From a virus (taxonomy: Duplodnaviria; Caudoviricetes), in the IMG/VR virus record IMGVR_UViG_3300042870_001240: a stretch of DNA of 64,000 nt, one strand, 5' to 3'. Both the position numbers and the translations under genes were made by a program. Shown here piece by piece: positions 16,995 to 27,637 of this stretch. Each line of letters begins with the position of its first letter. The first letter of the stretch is position 1. A model generated the notes under the pieces. The model saw nothing but the letters and a program-made list of their open reading frames with translations. It was not told the DNA's origin and searched no databases.

Positions 16995-18809
16995 TCAACC
17001 TTTTCTTCTGTTATTACTACTAAAAATATTTGGAGGAGAACTTTTTTTATTTTTTTTAACGTCACCAAACTCTCTTGATTGATAGACTAATGAATCTTTT
17101 TTAATTTCGGTTATCTTCATTCTGTCAACAGGTTTATTTTCTCTAATAGGTTTTATATGATTTACAGGGATATAAACTCCTTTTTGTTGGGTAATTTTAT
17201 TTATTAAATCATAATCAACCTTTGTTTTAGGTAATTTGGGGTTAGTTAGAATATTACTCAACACCTCATTAACAACCATCTTTTTATGTTTAATTTCATC
17301 GAACCCTTCAATAGGGTTAAAATGATTGACAAAAACTTCGTAGAATTGAGATATCTGTAACATAGGTAAAGGTCCAAATGTTTTTTTATTTTCAATGAGG
17401 TTATTATATTTAGTCCTCACTATTGACCCATAACCTGTCTGTCTTGATTGTGTTAAACTATTTTGATGTAGTCTTCTATAAAATAAAACTGTTGGGCTAT
17501 TAATTGATTTACAATTATTTTTATATAACCTACCCATAAAATCTGTATCAGCCGATGTTCTCCAACCTTCAAACCCATTCATAGATAAGAATAACTCTTT
17601 TTTTATACTAAAAACCCCTTCACCCCAAAAGTTTTCTTTACTTACAAAATTATTGTTAGGTGTTTCTCCTGTAAAATTTAAATATTTAGGTCTTACGAAA
17701 TCAATAAACATTTGTAATCTAAGAATTTCTTTAATCATATTTTCCCCCATAACATCATCGGAATCAAAAAATAGAATTATATTTGAATTAGAATTTTTAA
17801 CTAATGTGTTTTTAACAATGTATGGTCCAACATTTTGTTGGAAATAGAAAAATCGTATCCTATCATCAAAAATATTATGTTTAATAAACTCTAAAGTTTT
17901 TTCACAATTATCGATACCCACTAAAATTTCACAATTCAACGACTTTACCGACTCAATAACTGACGATAAACATTGTATTATAAATTCGGTATTATTAAAC
18001 GTAGGTATTATTATTGAAATCTCTTTGTTTGTCAGTATGTTAATTTGAGGTCGGTTAATATATTTTAATTTAATATCATTAAAAGACTCACCATTAACTT
18101 CAATAAAAGGAGCAATCTTTAACACATTTAAAGGTCCATGTTGGTTTTTTATTTGTTTTATTTTCTTTTTTTCGTGATATTTTTTTCTTAAAGGAGAATT
18201 CATACCAGTAATACCACCACCCGTTAAATTCGACTCATGTCTTCTATAAAAAAGACCCACCGTATTTAAAGTTTTTATTTTTTTTCCACTGGACAACATC
18301 CTCCAATAAAACTCACCATCCGAAGCACAAACCCACGGCTCAAACCCATTTGAGTCAGTAAAAACTTTTTTAATTATTCCAAAAGTACCTGAATGGTAGT
18401 TGGAATCAGTCATAACCAATTCTATATTAGTAGGTAATGTAAGTTTTCCTTGGAATGTCCTATACCCATATCTAACATAATCATAAGATTTTAAAGAGTC
18501 GATAACCTTAGTTACTAACGTAGTTAACATAACATCATCAGAATCAAAAAATAATAGTTTATCATATTTTGAAATTGATACCAAAGTATTACGAATAATA
18601 TACGTCCCGACTTTTTCGGTAAAAAAAAGAATTTTAATATTTGGGGGGAATGTTTTCTTAATTAAATTAAGATATGTTAAGGTTTTTTCACAGTTATCAA
18701 TACCAACAAGTAACTCATATTCAGTATTTCCACAAGACTTTACTATAGAATCTAAAGCCTCTTTAATATAAAGAGTGTTATTGTGTGCGGTTACAATTAT
18801 TGATATCAT
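16995..18809 (-). CDS. Tandem double GT2-family glycosyltransferase
   Basis: Two copies of ISIII...GIDNCEKT...FFDSDD...SD. Confidence 0.88.
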   Translation of the reverse strand: MISIIVTAHNNTLYIKEALDSIVKSCGNTEYELLVGIDNCEKTLTYLNLIKKTFPPNIKILFFTEKVGTYIIRNTLVSISKYDKLLFFDSDDVMLTTLVTKVIDSLKSYDYVRYGYRTFQGKLTLPTNIELVMTDSNYHSGTFGIIKKVFTDSNGFEPWVCASDGEFYWRMLSSGKKIKTLNTVGLFYRRHESNLTGGGITGMNSPLRKKYHEKKKIKQIKNQHGPLNVLKIAPFIEVNGESFNDIKLKYINRPQINILTNKEISIIIPTFNNTEFIIQCLSSVIESVKSLNCEILVGIDNCEKTLEFIKHNIFDDRIRFFYFQQNVGPYIVKNTLVKNSNSNIILFFDSDDVMGENMIKEILRLQMFIDFVRPKYLNFTGETPNNNFVSKENFWGEGVFSIKKELFLSMNGFEGWRTSADTDFMGRLYKNNCKSINSPTVLFYRRLHQNSLTQSRQTGYGSIVRTKYNNLIENKKTFGPLPMLQISQFYEVFVNHFNPIEGFDEIKHKKMVVNEVLSNILTNPKLPKTKVDYDLINKITQQKGVYIPVNHIKPIRENKPVDRMKITEIKKDSLVYQSREFGDVKKNKKSSPPNIFSSNNRRKG

Positions 18810-19420
18810 TTCACGGGTTTTTCTCCTTCGTTTAATTTTGATAATGTATTATTATCATGAATAACTAATTTTACATCACCAATTGCTGGAATGTAAATAA
18901 TATTTCTAGTTATTCTAGGTAACAAGTCGTGTACTTGGTCAAAAATCCCATTTTTTACTTTTTTCTGTATTAAAGTTGAAAACATAGAACATACTTTACT
19001 ATAATCCCTACTATGAAAATAATCTTTTCCTGTTAAATCATCATGTTTATAGGGGTGAAAGTTTAAAATAAAATCATCATATTTAGATTTATTATTTTCA
19101 TACAATTGATGTATTTTTTCTATATAATTAGGTGACATATAATCATCACAATCATGTCTTGTTTGGATTGTAATATCATTATTTATCGCATATTCTCGAT
19201 AATCGTTTTTAACGTCCCCAAACATTAAAATCTCAATATTTTTATCAATAGAATCTCTTATTGTTTGATAATGTAATGGGTTCACTATTAAAGCAATTTT
19301 AAAATTTTTATCTGTTTGAGAATTTATTGAGGGTATATAATATTTTTTTATTGCTGAAAAATACTTATTAAACCTTTCATCATCTTTAAAATTACATCTG
19401 GTTACTATTAAATGTTTCAT
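18806..19420 (-). CDS. Putative rhamnosyltransferase-like GT-A protein
   Basis: IVTRCN...SINSQTDKNF...QTRHDCDD pattern. Confidence 0.6.
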   Translation of the reverse strand: MKHLIVTRCNFKDDERFNKYFSAIKKYYIPSINSQTDKNFKIALIVNPLHYQTIRDSIDKNIEILMFGDVKNDYREYAINNDITIQTRHDCDDYMSPNYIEKIHQLYENNKSKYDDFILNFHPYKHDDLTGKDYFHSRDYSKVCSMFSTLIQKKVKNGIFDQVHDLLPRITRNIIYIPAIGDVKLVIHDNNTLSKLNEGEKPVK

Positions 19421-19429
19421 ATTGTTAAT

Positions 19430-20110
19430 TTAACTATTAAAAAATTTATTTCTTACATTATACAATTGAGCTTTATTCCCTAATTTTTGGAATTTTAATA
19501 CAGGACTATACGTTAAAATATCTTTTTTAGTTGAGTTCTCTTTCCCAATCCATCGTTCCCAATAATACCTATGACTTGTTGGTTCAGGGGGAGTAAGATG
19601 TTCTTTAACATACCTTGACCTAATCCAAAAAAAATTATACCAAATAAACCCAAATTCACTAGGAAAAATTCCACCAATGTCTAAAGTTTTATTTTTTAAA
19701 AATTCGTTTAAATATTCTTCATAATTTTCAATTGTGTATTTAAATAATTGTCCTCTTAAAATATTCCTTTCAGGATATTTTACATTAGAAAACATACCTT
19801 TAGTATGAAAATATAAAATTATTGAATCCTCTTTTTGGGATAAGTCGTAGATTGATTTAATTCCTGGATATTCATACATATTTTTTTCAACTCTATTGAA
19901 TATTTGAATCTTCTTAAACTTACTCCATAAATGTTGTTTTATTCGTTTTAACTGTTGGTCATTACACTGTAGACTAATATAAATTTCATCGGCATCATCA
20001 TATATCTTAGAATTTTTTAATGACCATAATTGTTCTAAAACAATTTCCTCCCATTTATCCTCTAATAAGGATGCGAAATATACTATTTTTACTTTTTCGT
20101 CACCAATCAT
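19430..20110 (-). CDS. Glycosyltransferase-like hypothetical protein
   Basis: ILYFHTKG, YNFFWIRS and RYYWERWIG motifs; located in a GT cluster. Confidence 0.5.
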   Translation of the reverse strand: MIGDEKVKIVYFASLLEDKWEEIVLEQLWSLKNSKIYDDADEIYISLQCNDQQLKRIKQHLWSKFKKIQIFNRVEKNMYEYPGIKSIYDLSQKEDSIILYFHTKGMFSNVKYPERNILRGQLFKYTIENYEEYLNEFLKNKTLDIGGIFPSEFGFIWYNFFWIRSRYVKEHLTPPEPTSHRYYWERWIGKENSTKKDILTYSPVLKFQKLGNKAQLYNVRNKFFNS

Positions 20111-20192
20111 AATATCAATCTCTTTATATCAATTAAATATACTTTCGTTTCGAATCTTGTAAATTATTACTCGGTGGAGTTATATAAAACAC

Positions 20193-20219
20193 AAAAGGGT
20201 GTCTTTCAACACCCTATTT
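20193..20219. terminator. Intrinsic terminator
   Basis: AGGGTGT...ACACCCT stem flanked by A/T runs. Confidence 0.7.
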
Positions 20220-20286
20220 GCTTGATTTGGATACCCCCTTTCTTTAATTTGGTTTATCCCGTGTGAGTAATTACCTCACAGGTATT

Positions 20287-22008
20287 TTAAGAAGTTGCTA
20301 ACGCTTTTTGTTTTAACGTGTCGGTAGCAACATTCATCTTATTTTTAACTCCTCCAAGTAACGGACAGATAAAACTTCCTAACGCTTCTTCGATTTTAGA
20401 ACCCAAAGAAGTTTCGTCTAACATATCAACAATTGAGTTTCTAAGTATATCGTAGAACGGACCTTCAAGACCTTTTTCGTGAGTTAATTTTCTAACCGTC
20501 CCTTCAGCAACTGACTTTGAAATTAATTTTGTTAAGAAATTACAATCAGTTAATTTAGGAATGTCCCCAATCGGTAAGTTACCAATAGCGGTGATAACAA
20601 TACTTCCTAACCATCCGTTAGAATCCATAGGAGTTAAATGTTCAACTAACCATTTAGCAATGTATTCTTTAAAATATTCCATAATACCATCAGGTGCATG
20701 ACCAAATAAACCTTTCAATGTATCCCAAAATCCTTCGTTAATAATTTTTTTGTCAAATCCTTGTGAGTTTAAATAAGTCATTTCAGATAACAATTCATCA
20801 AAAAACTTATCTTTTTGTTTTTTAGTTTTAAGACTAACATTTTCTGAAATAATTGATAATCTAGCCTTAACTATTTTACCCTCACTTAACACATTTCTTT
20901 CTTTAGTTTTTTTAGTTTCAATTAAACTTTCTCTAATTAGATTTTTTAATTGTTTTTCTTTACTTTCTCTTTGAACTGTTGACCCTGCATTAACATTTAA
21001 ACTATAGTCAGTTAGACCACCTGTTTGTGTTTGTACGGGATTCGCAAATTGTAATCTTTCCGCCGATTTTGCAAATTTAGGGTAATTATTTATACAATTT
21101 CTAATTACAGGTTTCATCATTTTAAGTCTTTCGGGACTTAACTCTAATTTTTTATCATACGCATTACCGTAAAGTTCAATCGCATTTTTACAAGAAACTT
21201 TTCTTGTTTTTTCATCACCTGATTTAGCACTGTTCACCGCTACATCTAATTTTTTAATAACGTCCGCATCAGCTAAAATATTAGGATTGTAGTACATGTA
21301 ATACGTTGTTTGAAAATCCTTATAAGTTTCAGGATTATCCGATTCAAGTGATAAGTCAGCAACGATATAACCAAAAGAACTTCCTTCAGGTAAATCTTTT
21401 TTCTCAATCCAACCTAATGTTTTCCTTCTTTCAACAGTTTTAGTTGATAAGTCTAAATCGTATTGTTGCGCCCCTTTTTTAACCCAAACTTTTGCGACAC
21501 CAATATTATTTCCTAAGATTTTAACAAGTTCCTCAGCATAAGGTGAATTCTTATTTTCAATAGTTGTAATTGCATCGGATAGTTTAACTAATGTCCAACC
21601 TTCACCTACAGGTTTTTCAACACCCTCGTTCCAAGCAACAACTTGATTTGATGTAAATTCAGCTAAACGGCCTAAAGCTTTTTGTTGGTCAGGAGTTAAA
21701 ATAGAATCTTGAGTTTTATTTAATTTTTCGCAATACCATTTTGTTGTTCTAACAATTTTACCTGCTTTATCTCCTGTGGTTCTCCACTCTCTTTTTCCAT
21801 CAGGGAAGTCAAATACGTGAGGATTAGCTTTATTATCGGGGTTTGTTGATTGTTGGTAAACAACCTCTCCACCCCCCTTTGGGTCAATAAATGGTCCGGT
21901 GACTTTAGGCCAACATCCTGCGGTAAACGCTTTTTGAAGTTTTTCTTCTTTGAATTGAGCTGCCCCTGGATTAAGTACGTCTTCTTTTATAAATCTTTTA
22001 TTTTTCAT
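20287..22008 (-). CDS. Large hypothetical protein, candidate virion internal protein
   Basis: 573 aa; several (I/L)xE sites (LIRESLIE, VLSEG, IINEG); C-terminal amphipathic region. Confidence 0.6.
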   Translation of the reverse strand: MKNKRFIKEDVLNPGAAQFKEEKLQKAFTAGCWPKVTGPFIDPKGGGEVVYQQSTNPDNKANPHVFDFPDGKREWRTTGDKAGKIVRTTKWYCEKLNKTQDSILTPDQQKALGRLAEFTSNQVVAWNEGVEKPVGEGWTLVKLSDAITTIENKNSPYAEELVKILGNNIGVAKVWVKKGAQQYDLDLSTKTVERRKTLGWIEKKDLPEGSSFGYIVADLSLESDNPETYKDFQTTYYMYYNPNILADADVIKKLDVAVNSAKSGDEKTRKVSCKNAIELYGNAYDKKLELSPERLKMMKPVIRNCINNYPKFAKSAERLQFANPVQTQTGGLTDYSLNVNAGSTVQRESKEKQLKNLIRESLIETKKTKERNVLSEGKIVKARLSIISENVSLKTKKQKDKFFDELLSEMTYLNSQGFDKKIINEGFWDTLKGLFGHAPDGIMEYFKEYIAKWLVEHLTPMDSNGWLGSIVITAIGNLPIGDIPKLTDCNFLTKLISKSVAEGTVRKLTHEKGLEGPFYDILRNSIVDMLDETSLGSKIEEALGSFICPLLGGVKNKMNVATDTLKQKALATS

Positions 22009-22030
22009 ATTTCTTATGTTGTTTTTAATT

Positions 22031-23404
22031 TTAATCTACGTTAGTATATTCCGTTTCTCTATCGGGACCTGGTGACGTTGTAGTAGTAGTTCCACCACAA
22101 TTAGCCATAATTTTATCATAAATTTCTTGAGTGATTATCACATCATATCCTTTACTCTTAAGGGCTTTTTCTGTGTCAGAACCAAATTTACCGTCAGACG
22201 TTATTCCTAAACAATCTTGGATTTTTTTGATGTCATCATTTTTACATCCTTTTTTGTATGGGAATGATGTACAGTTAGTCCATGTGGTTCCACCTCCGTT
22301 TGAAACACATTTTTCACCATCCCAAGTTTGACCTTCGGGACATTTATCAACATCAGAGACTAACCCTTCACAAGACATCGCATAATCAGTTCCATTAACA
22401 GTTATAACTATACCACTATCCGTTTCGTCCCATTTTCCTGTATATTTGTCATTTCCTGTGACAAATTTTTTATCATCAAAAAATTTACCACCACCATTTG
22501 TATCAATAGCCTTATTACCCGTATCAGTTATTAACACATAGTCCAAACCTTCTTCACCCATTTTTTGTAAATCCTCTTCTGGAATATTTTTACTAATACA
22601 GTCAGGGAATGGTTTTGAGCCTTCGTCCATCCACCATCTATATAAAAGATATAGTCCACCTGCGGCTAACAGATATTTAAATATTTTACCTCTTGTCATA
22701 CCAACAATTTTAGTTTTGAAACTTTGCCACATTGTTGGTTTTCCTGGTATCGGTTTTAAGTTTTTAGGTCTTTGTTTTACAGGTAGTTTTGTATTTTTTA
22801 CAGGAGGGGTTTTACCACCTTTGACAGGAGGGGTTTTACCACCTTTGACAGGGGATATTTTACTAAGACCTTTTTTATTTGCAAATTTTGCAGCAATTTC
22901 GTCCGCGATTGCTGGGTCGTATCCTTTTTTAACTAAACTCTTACTAACTTGGGTCTGAGTCATGTTCGCATATCTAACGTCTTTAACCGCCATGTCCGCG
23001 GCTTTATTAGTAAGTGTAGTTCTTAAACTACCTGTGGCCTTACCTGTTTTCATAAGTCCTTTTGCTAATTCACTTAATTGGGCTTTATTTAACGTATTTT
23101 TGATTAACGCGGTCATAACTTCATCACCACTACTTAAACCTATTTTTCCGTATATTTTAACATCATTAAATAACGTAACACCAGCCGTATATTTAAGGTT
23201 TCTTGTTGTTTTTAAAGCTAAAGCCGCCGCTTCATCACTAGTTCCCAAAATCGATTTAAGCAAGGCTTTACCCGTTTGTTCGGAAATTATTTTTTTGGAC
23301 TCAACCAATTTAATTATCTCTATGTTTTCACTTAACGTGTTTTTACTATCATAACTCATTAATAGTTTTACTCTGTTAAGTTCTTCTAATACTATGTTTT
23401 TCAT
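22031..23404 (-). CDS. Candidate virion protein with TM helix and C-terminal peptidoglycan-binding-like domain
   Basis: YLLAAGGLYLLYRWW helix; IKKIQDCLGITSDGKFGSDTEKAL; PVKGGKTP repeats. Confidence 0.6.
   Translation of the reverse strand: MKNIVLEELNRVKLLMSYDSKNTLSENIEIIKLVESKKIISEQTGKALLKSILGTSDEAAALALKTTRNLKYTAGVTLFNDVKIYGKIGLSSGDEVMTALIKNTLNKAQLSELAKGLMKTGKATGSLRTTLTNKAADMAVKDVRYANMTQTQVSKSLVKKGYDPAIADEIAAKFANKKGLSKISPVKGGKTPPVKGGKTPPVKNTKLPVKQRPKNLKPIPGKPTMWQSFKTKIVGMTRGKIFKYLLAAGGLYLLYRWWMDEGSKPFPDCISKNIPEEDLQKMGEEGLDYVLITDTGNKAIDTNGGGKFFDDKKFVTGNDKYTGKWDETDSGIVITVNGTDYAMSCEGLVSDVDKCPEGQTWDGEKCVSNGGGTTWTNCTSFPYKKGCKNDDIKKIQDCLGITSDGKFGSDTEKALKSKGYDVIITQEIYDKIMANCGGTTTTTSPGPDRETEYTNVD
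22801..22853. repeat. 24-bp tandem repeat (2 copies plus a partial) encoding PVKGGKTP
   Basis: CAGGAGGGGTTTTACCACCTTTGA x2. Confidence 0.9.
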
Positions 23405-23424
23405 ATCTATTTTGTTTTATTTTT

Positions 23425-24867
23425 TTAAAGTTCGAATTCTAAATCATCCACATTTATATTTTGTTGTAATTGGTCTTGTATTTCTTTTTCCGCTTGTTTA
23501 ATTTGTTCAGGTGTAACTTCACCATTTTCTATTTTTTCAGTACATGTTGCCCCATTTAATCCTAACGCCGCACAAAGTGCCGTTGTGACTAAAAATGCGT
23601 TACCCGCTGATTTAACAATAACACCTTTAGCAGGAATTACCTTACCTAAATCAGGTCTATAGGATTTATTTAAAAAGTCCTTAGCTTTTTGTCCAGTACT
23701 AACAGGTTTAATTTTGGTTGACGCCTTTGTGGCGATTTTGCCTCCACTACCCGCAACCATATCGTCAGTTATTTTACTTAATTGAGCGGTAGCTCTTGAC
23801 CCCCAACTTTTTAATGTTGTCATTCCTAATTTTTCACCAAGCCAAGTAGCGGCTTGGGTTATATAACCACCCAATTTAACTATTCCACCTTTAATGGCGT
23901 TAAATACTTTTAATAATACTCCTCCTTTAGAAACCGCAGCTTTACCTAAACTAGCAAAACTTTTAATCCCCATGGTTGCCGCTTTAACAACTTTACCCAA
24001 GGCAGGTAATAATAATGAAATAGCGTCAATCACAATATCCATAACAGACCATTGATATTCACCCGATTCATATTTACCACTCATCATTTTATATAAATCC
24101 CAAAGAAGTAATGCTCCAAAAATAATAACTGTTGGTATTTGACCGATTGCAGGAATCATAGATATTCCTGTTAATACAGCAACACCACCTGCAGACATAA
24201 CTGCTCCTCTAATACCCTCCATTAAACACTCAACAAAATTATTTGATAAACATTTATATGCGGATTTAACGGCATTTTTAACGGTGTCCCAAAGAGCGGC
24301 ACCTTTTTCTTTAGCGTAATTCCAAATACCTTTTTGTTGTATTTGATTTATTTGTGATGCTCCCCATTTTGCAAATTGTTGGGTTTTTTCTTTACCATAA
24401 TTGTAAACATTTTTAGCTCCTTTGACAACTGCCCTACCCCAATCCGCAGGATTATACCATTGTTCTAAAAGGACCTTAAACGATTCCCATGACTCAGTAA
24501 TTCTTGATTCAATAATAAGTCTATCGACAGATTCGTTAATTAATAATAAATCACCACCAAATATATTCTCCCATTCTTTAATTAAGGTTATGGAATTTTT
24601 GGGTCTGTATATTTCAATAATATTGGCTAAAAATTTTCTTGGTGCTGCGGCGTACTCGACAAGGTCTAATTGACCTGTCTTAAATTTAAAATCAAAATTT
24701 TCTTTCATAATGTCTATAGCGACATTTAAATTATTATAGGTATATGAAAGGTAATTTTTACCATTTAAGTCGTTTAACTGTTCAGAAAGTTTTACAACGC
24801 CTCTATTTGTAAAAACATATTGTAAATTATGTGACACTCCTTCAAAGGATAGTTTTGTTTTTTTCAT
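23425..24867 (-). CDS. Gly/Ala-rich protein with hydrophobic hairpins, candidate ejection protein
   Basis: GGVAVLTGISMIPAIG...IIFGALLLW and IDAISLLLPALGKVVK segments. Confidence 0.55.
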   Translation of the reverse strand: MKKTKLSFEGVSHNLQYVFTNRGVVKLSEQLNDLNGKNYLSYTYNNLNVAIDIMKENFDFKFKTGQLDLVEYAAAPRKFLANIIEIYRPKNSITLIKEWENIFGGDLLLINESVDRLIIESRITESWESFKVLLEQWYNPADWGRAVVKGAKNVYNYGKEKTQQFAKWGASQINQIQQKGIWNYAKEKGAALWDTVKNAVKSAYKCLSNNFVECLMEGIRGAVMSAGGVAVLTGISMIPAIGQIPTVIIFGALLLWDLYKMMSGKYESGEYQWSVMDIVIDAISLLLPALGKVVKAATMGIKSFASLGKAAVSKGGVLLKVFNAIKGGIVKLGGYITQAATWLGEKLGMTTLKSWGSRATAQLSKITDDMVAGSGGKIATKASTKIKPVSTGQKAKDFLNKSYRPDLGKVIPAKGVIVKSAGNAFLVTTALCAALGLNGATCTEKIENGEVTPEQIKQAEKEIQDQLQQNINVDDLEFEL

Positions 24868-24888
24868 CTATTTTATAAATATCGTGGT

Positions 24889-25137
24889 TTACAATAAAGT
24901 GTTGGCTTTTCCTCGGTTAACTTTAACAATATCCGACCATTTAGTTTTTGTCACTTGATTTGCCGGTCCTGTTCTTGCAACACCTGTCTCCCATTTGGTC
25001 ACAGTAGGATATTTTGCACCACCTCCACCACCACCACTTGGTGATGCCGCAGCATCTTGTTCTCCAAGTTCCCCCTCATTTTCTTTTAGGGTATATTCCT
25101 TCATTAAGGAAATTATATAGTCAACATCATTTATCAT
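24889..25137 (-). CDS. Small hypothetical protein with two KW(E/S)...R(T)G.AN repeats
   Basis: ORF preceded by TATTTAT; Gly linker. Confidence 0.65.
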   Translation of the reverse strand: MINDVDYIISLMKEYTLKENEGELGEQDAAASPSGGGGGGAKYPTVTKWETGVARTGPANQVTKTKWSDIVKVNRGKANTLL

Positions 25138-25197
25138 ACTAATAAATATTTTGTTTTGAAAAAAATACGTATATTTGTAGAAATATAAATTATAACT

Positions 25198-25704
25198 ATG
25201 AAAAGACTAATATTTGTTTCTCTATGTGTGATGTTTTTAACGTCTTGTTTAAAATATTCTGAACCAACATTATTAAGTTTAAGTGGTGAATATGTTGTAG
25301 ATAGGATTACTTACTCAAAAGTTGAAAACTCAACTTCACATGGAGATTCCACATATCTTCCAGGAACAACATATATTAACCCTAATGATGTTTTTCCTAT
25401 GGATAGTGTTAGTGTTGGGTTTACCAAATGGCATTTGGATTATAGTGTTATTTCATTTTGTCCAACAACATTACTATCGGGCCAAGTAATTTGGGGTAAA
25501 CAATATTTTTATAAGACTATCGGGAACCATACTATATACGACTTAGGATACATTCAATTCGATGTTAACTCAAGTTCAAGAACGTTTAAAATTATTAGTG
25601 ATGATGTTGAAAGTTTAACATTACGTACAACAGGGTTATGGTCGAGCGGTAGTTCGGGTCCTGAAGAGTCCGTTACAATACACTTAACGAGAATCGGTCC
25701 TTAA
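25198..25704 (+). CDS. Lipoprotein
   Basis: Signal peptide ending LTSC; TATATTTG promoter upstream. Confidence 0.75.
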   Translation: MKRLIFVSLCVMFLTSCLKYSEPTLLSLSGEYVVDRITYSKVENSTSHGDSTYLPGTTYINPNDVFPMDSVSVGFTKWHLDYSVISFCPTTLLSGQVIWGKQYFYKTIGNHTIYDLGYIQFDVNSSSRTFKIISDDVESLTLRTTGLWSSGSSGPEESVTIHLTRIGP

Positions 25705-26012
25705 AATAAATCTGAGTTAGGTAGTTTAGTCGGGTAGATTAAATAGTATTCATTTAAGAATGATGTGATTTCTTGGTCGTCAACAACTTTATTGTCTTCT
25801 TCATAATTGTCATCCTCATAATCTTCATCGAGTAATGTTCTGTAGTTATCTGTTATGTCTGAAACAAAGTCATAACCAAAATCGGTTATTTCGTCAAAGT
25901 CAATTTTATCTTCTCTAATTTCATCCTCTCCATCTAAAGTGGTTCTAAATGTAACATCAAGAGTTTTTGATGAATCATTTAAGTAATATGATACTAATTC
26001 TTTAATTTCCAT
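25701..26012 (-). CDS. Acidic hypothetical protein
   Basis: ORF of 103 aa. Confidence 0.65.
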   Translation of the reverse strand: MEIKELVSYYLNDSSKTLDVTFRTTLDGEDEIREDKIDFDEITDFGYDFVSDITDNYRTLLDEDYEDDNYEEDNKVVDDQEITSFLNEYYLIYPTKLPNSDLF

Positions 26013-26071
26013 GTTTTTTTAATTTAAATAATTTAATTATACATAAGAAATATCTCAAAAATATTGAAAAG

Positions 26072-26626
26072 TTATAGATTTTTAAATCTTCTGAACATAT
26101 CTAATGATTTGTTAACTTGTTCTTGTAGAGAACTAATGATTTCATCATCCTCCTCATCATCGTTAGATAAACCTAAAACATCTTCAATATCCATATCCTC
26201 AAATTCAGGTTCTTCATCATCACCGTAATATGGGTTATACATACTTAAATCTTTATAATCGTCTTCCTCGTTGTCACCATAATCTGTTCCTGGCCAAGTA
26301 CTTGCGTCATCATCTTCAAACGTTCCATGTTCTAAATCATCGTCACCATCACCAATCATATCCAATTGTTCTCCAACACTCACCATGTAAGATTCTTCCT
26401 CCTCACTTTCAAGGACACTTTCGTTAATTCCCATATTTTTATATGTGGTAACCTGACCTTTATTATTAATAGTTATACCCTTTTTATCATTCGCAAAATC
26501 TTGAGTATATAACGGTTGTTCATTTGGTTTGGCGTAGTTTGTTACATATCCGTCATAGACATGTTTATGTTGGTCAAGAATACTAGTTTTTTCCTCATTT
26601 GTCATTTTAAAAAAATATTGGTTCAT
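26072..26626 (-). CDS. Highly acidic hypothetical protein
   Basis: N-terminus TNEEKTSILDQH resembles SKEEKNNILKQH of 60278-61336; D/E-rich. Confidence 0.7.
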   Translation of the reverse strand: MNQYFFKMTNEEKTSILDQHKHVYDGYVTNYAKPNEQPLYTQDFANDKKGITINNKGQVTTYKNMGINESVLESEEEESYMVSVGEQLDMIGDGDDDLEHGTFEDDDASTWPGTDYGDNEEDDYKDLSMYNPYYGDDEEPEFEDMDIEDVLGLSNDDEEDDEIISSLQEQVNKSLDMFRRFKNL

Positions 26627-26687
26627 AATGATTTGTTTTAAATATAAATATGTTGATTTGATGGAATATTTTTTTTATCCTTAAACT

Positions 26688-26978
26688 ATGAAAGTAGATA
26701 TAGACGAATACGCAGAAGGAGCAATCTTATTAGACGGTTTAGAGGAAGCAATTATTGGTATTGTTGAGGAATTTGGTAATGGTAGACGAATACTTTATTC
26801 AAAATCTAAGATTTTATCTATATTACAAATTAGAGACGGAATGACTGAACAAGAGTCCGAAGAATTCTACGATTATAATATTTTAGGACTCTACGCTGGT
26901 GAACAGAACGCTGTCTTTTTAGACTTAAATGTTACCCCAACAAAAAAGAACGATGTATGGGATTTTATTTTAGAATAG
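26688..26978 (+). CDS. Phage hypothetical protein
   Basis: LLDGLEEAIIG...EFYDYNILG ORF. Confidence 0.7.
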   Translation: MKVDIDEYAEGAILLDGLEEAIIGIVEEFGNGRRILYSKSKILSILQIRDGMTEQESEEFYDYNILGLYAGEQNAVFLDLNVTPTKKNDVWDFILE

Positions 26979-27587
26979 GTGAAAATAAGTCTCAACTACC
27001 ATAGTAGCGTATCTTGAGATGTATCTATTAATATTCTCAAGACTCTCTTCTTTACCTTGAGCTTCTAACGCTTTAATTGTTCCATTAATCATTTCTGATT
27101 GAGATTGGTCAGCTCTCTCTAAAACCTTTTCAGATACGTCCTCATCAATATCTTTGTATTTGAATTCGTGTTCAATTCTATCCTTACCCATATATAAGTA
27201 TGGTGCCGCTCCAAACATATTTGTAATACCTGATTCTCTAATGTCCATTAAATAACTTTTTAAAAACCTCATATTAAAGTGTTTAAAAATATCAATATTT
27301 TTTAAGAATACTCTATTTTGGTCGTCAATTTCTGTAATACTTTTTTTAGTAATTACTCTCTCCTTAACAGGATTAGATTTTTTTTTATCTTTAGGAGTGT
27401 CCCATAAATCAATACTTGATATTAACGCTAATTTACTACCACCATCCCAAGATACAGTATATTGGTCATCACCGAATACTTCTGAATGGGCAATTACGGT
27501 TCCTTGTTCTCCTGGTGATACGGAAGTTTCTCCATCCATATGAAGTAATACTACTCTATCACCGACATTTAATTTAGGGTTTATCAT
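26970..27587 (-). CDS. Hypothetical protein with SH3-like N-domain (DUF4314-like) and RESGITNMF C-domain (DUF5049-like)
   Basis: VGDRVVLLHM..GEQGTV...WDGGSKLAL; IRESGITNMFGA. Confidence 0.5.
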   Translation of the reverse strand: MINPKLNVGDRVVLLHMDGETSVSPGEQGTVIAHSEVFGDDQYTVSWDGGSKLALISSIDLWDTPKDKKKSNPVKERVITKKSITEIDDQNRVFLKNIDIFKHFNMRFLKSYLMDIRESGITNMFGAAPYLYMGKDRIEHEFKYKDIDEDVSEKVLERADQSQSEMINGTIKALEAQGKEESLENINRYISRYATMVVETYFHLF

Positions 27588-27637
27588 TTTTTCACTATTG
27601 TTATGACAATAAATATAAACAAAGTATTTATTATCAT

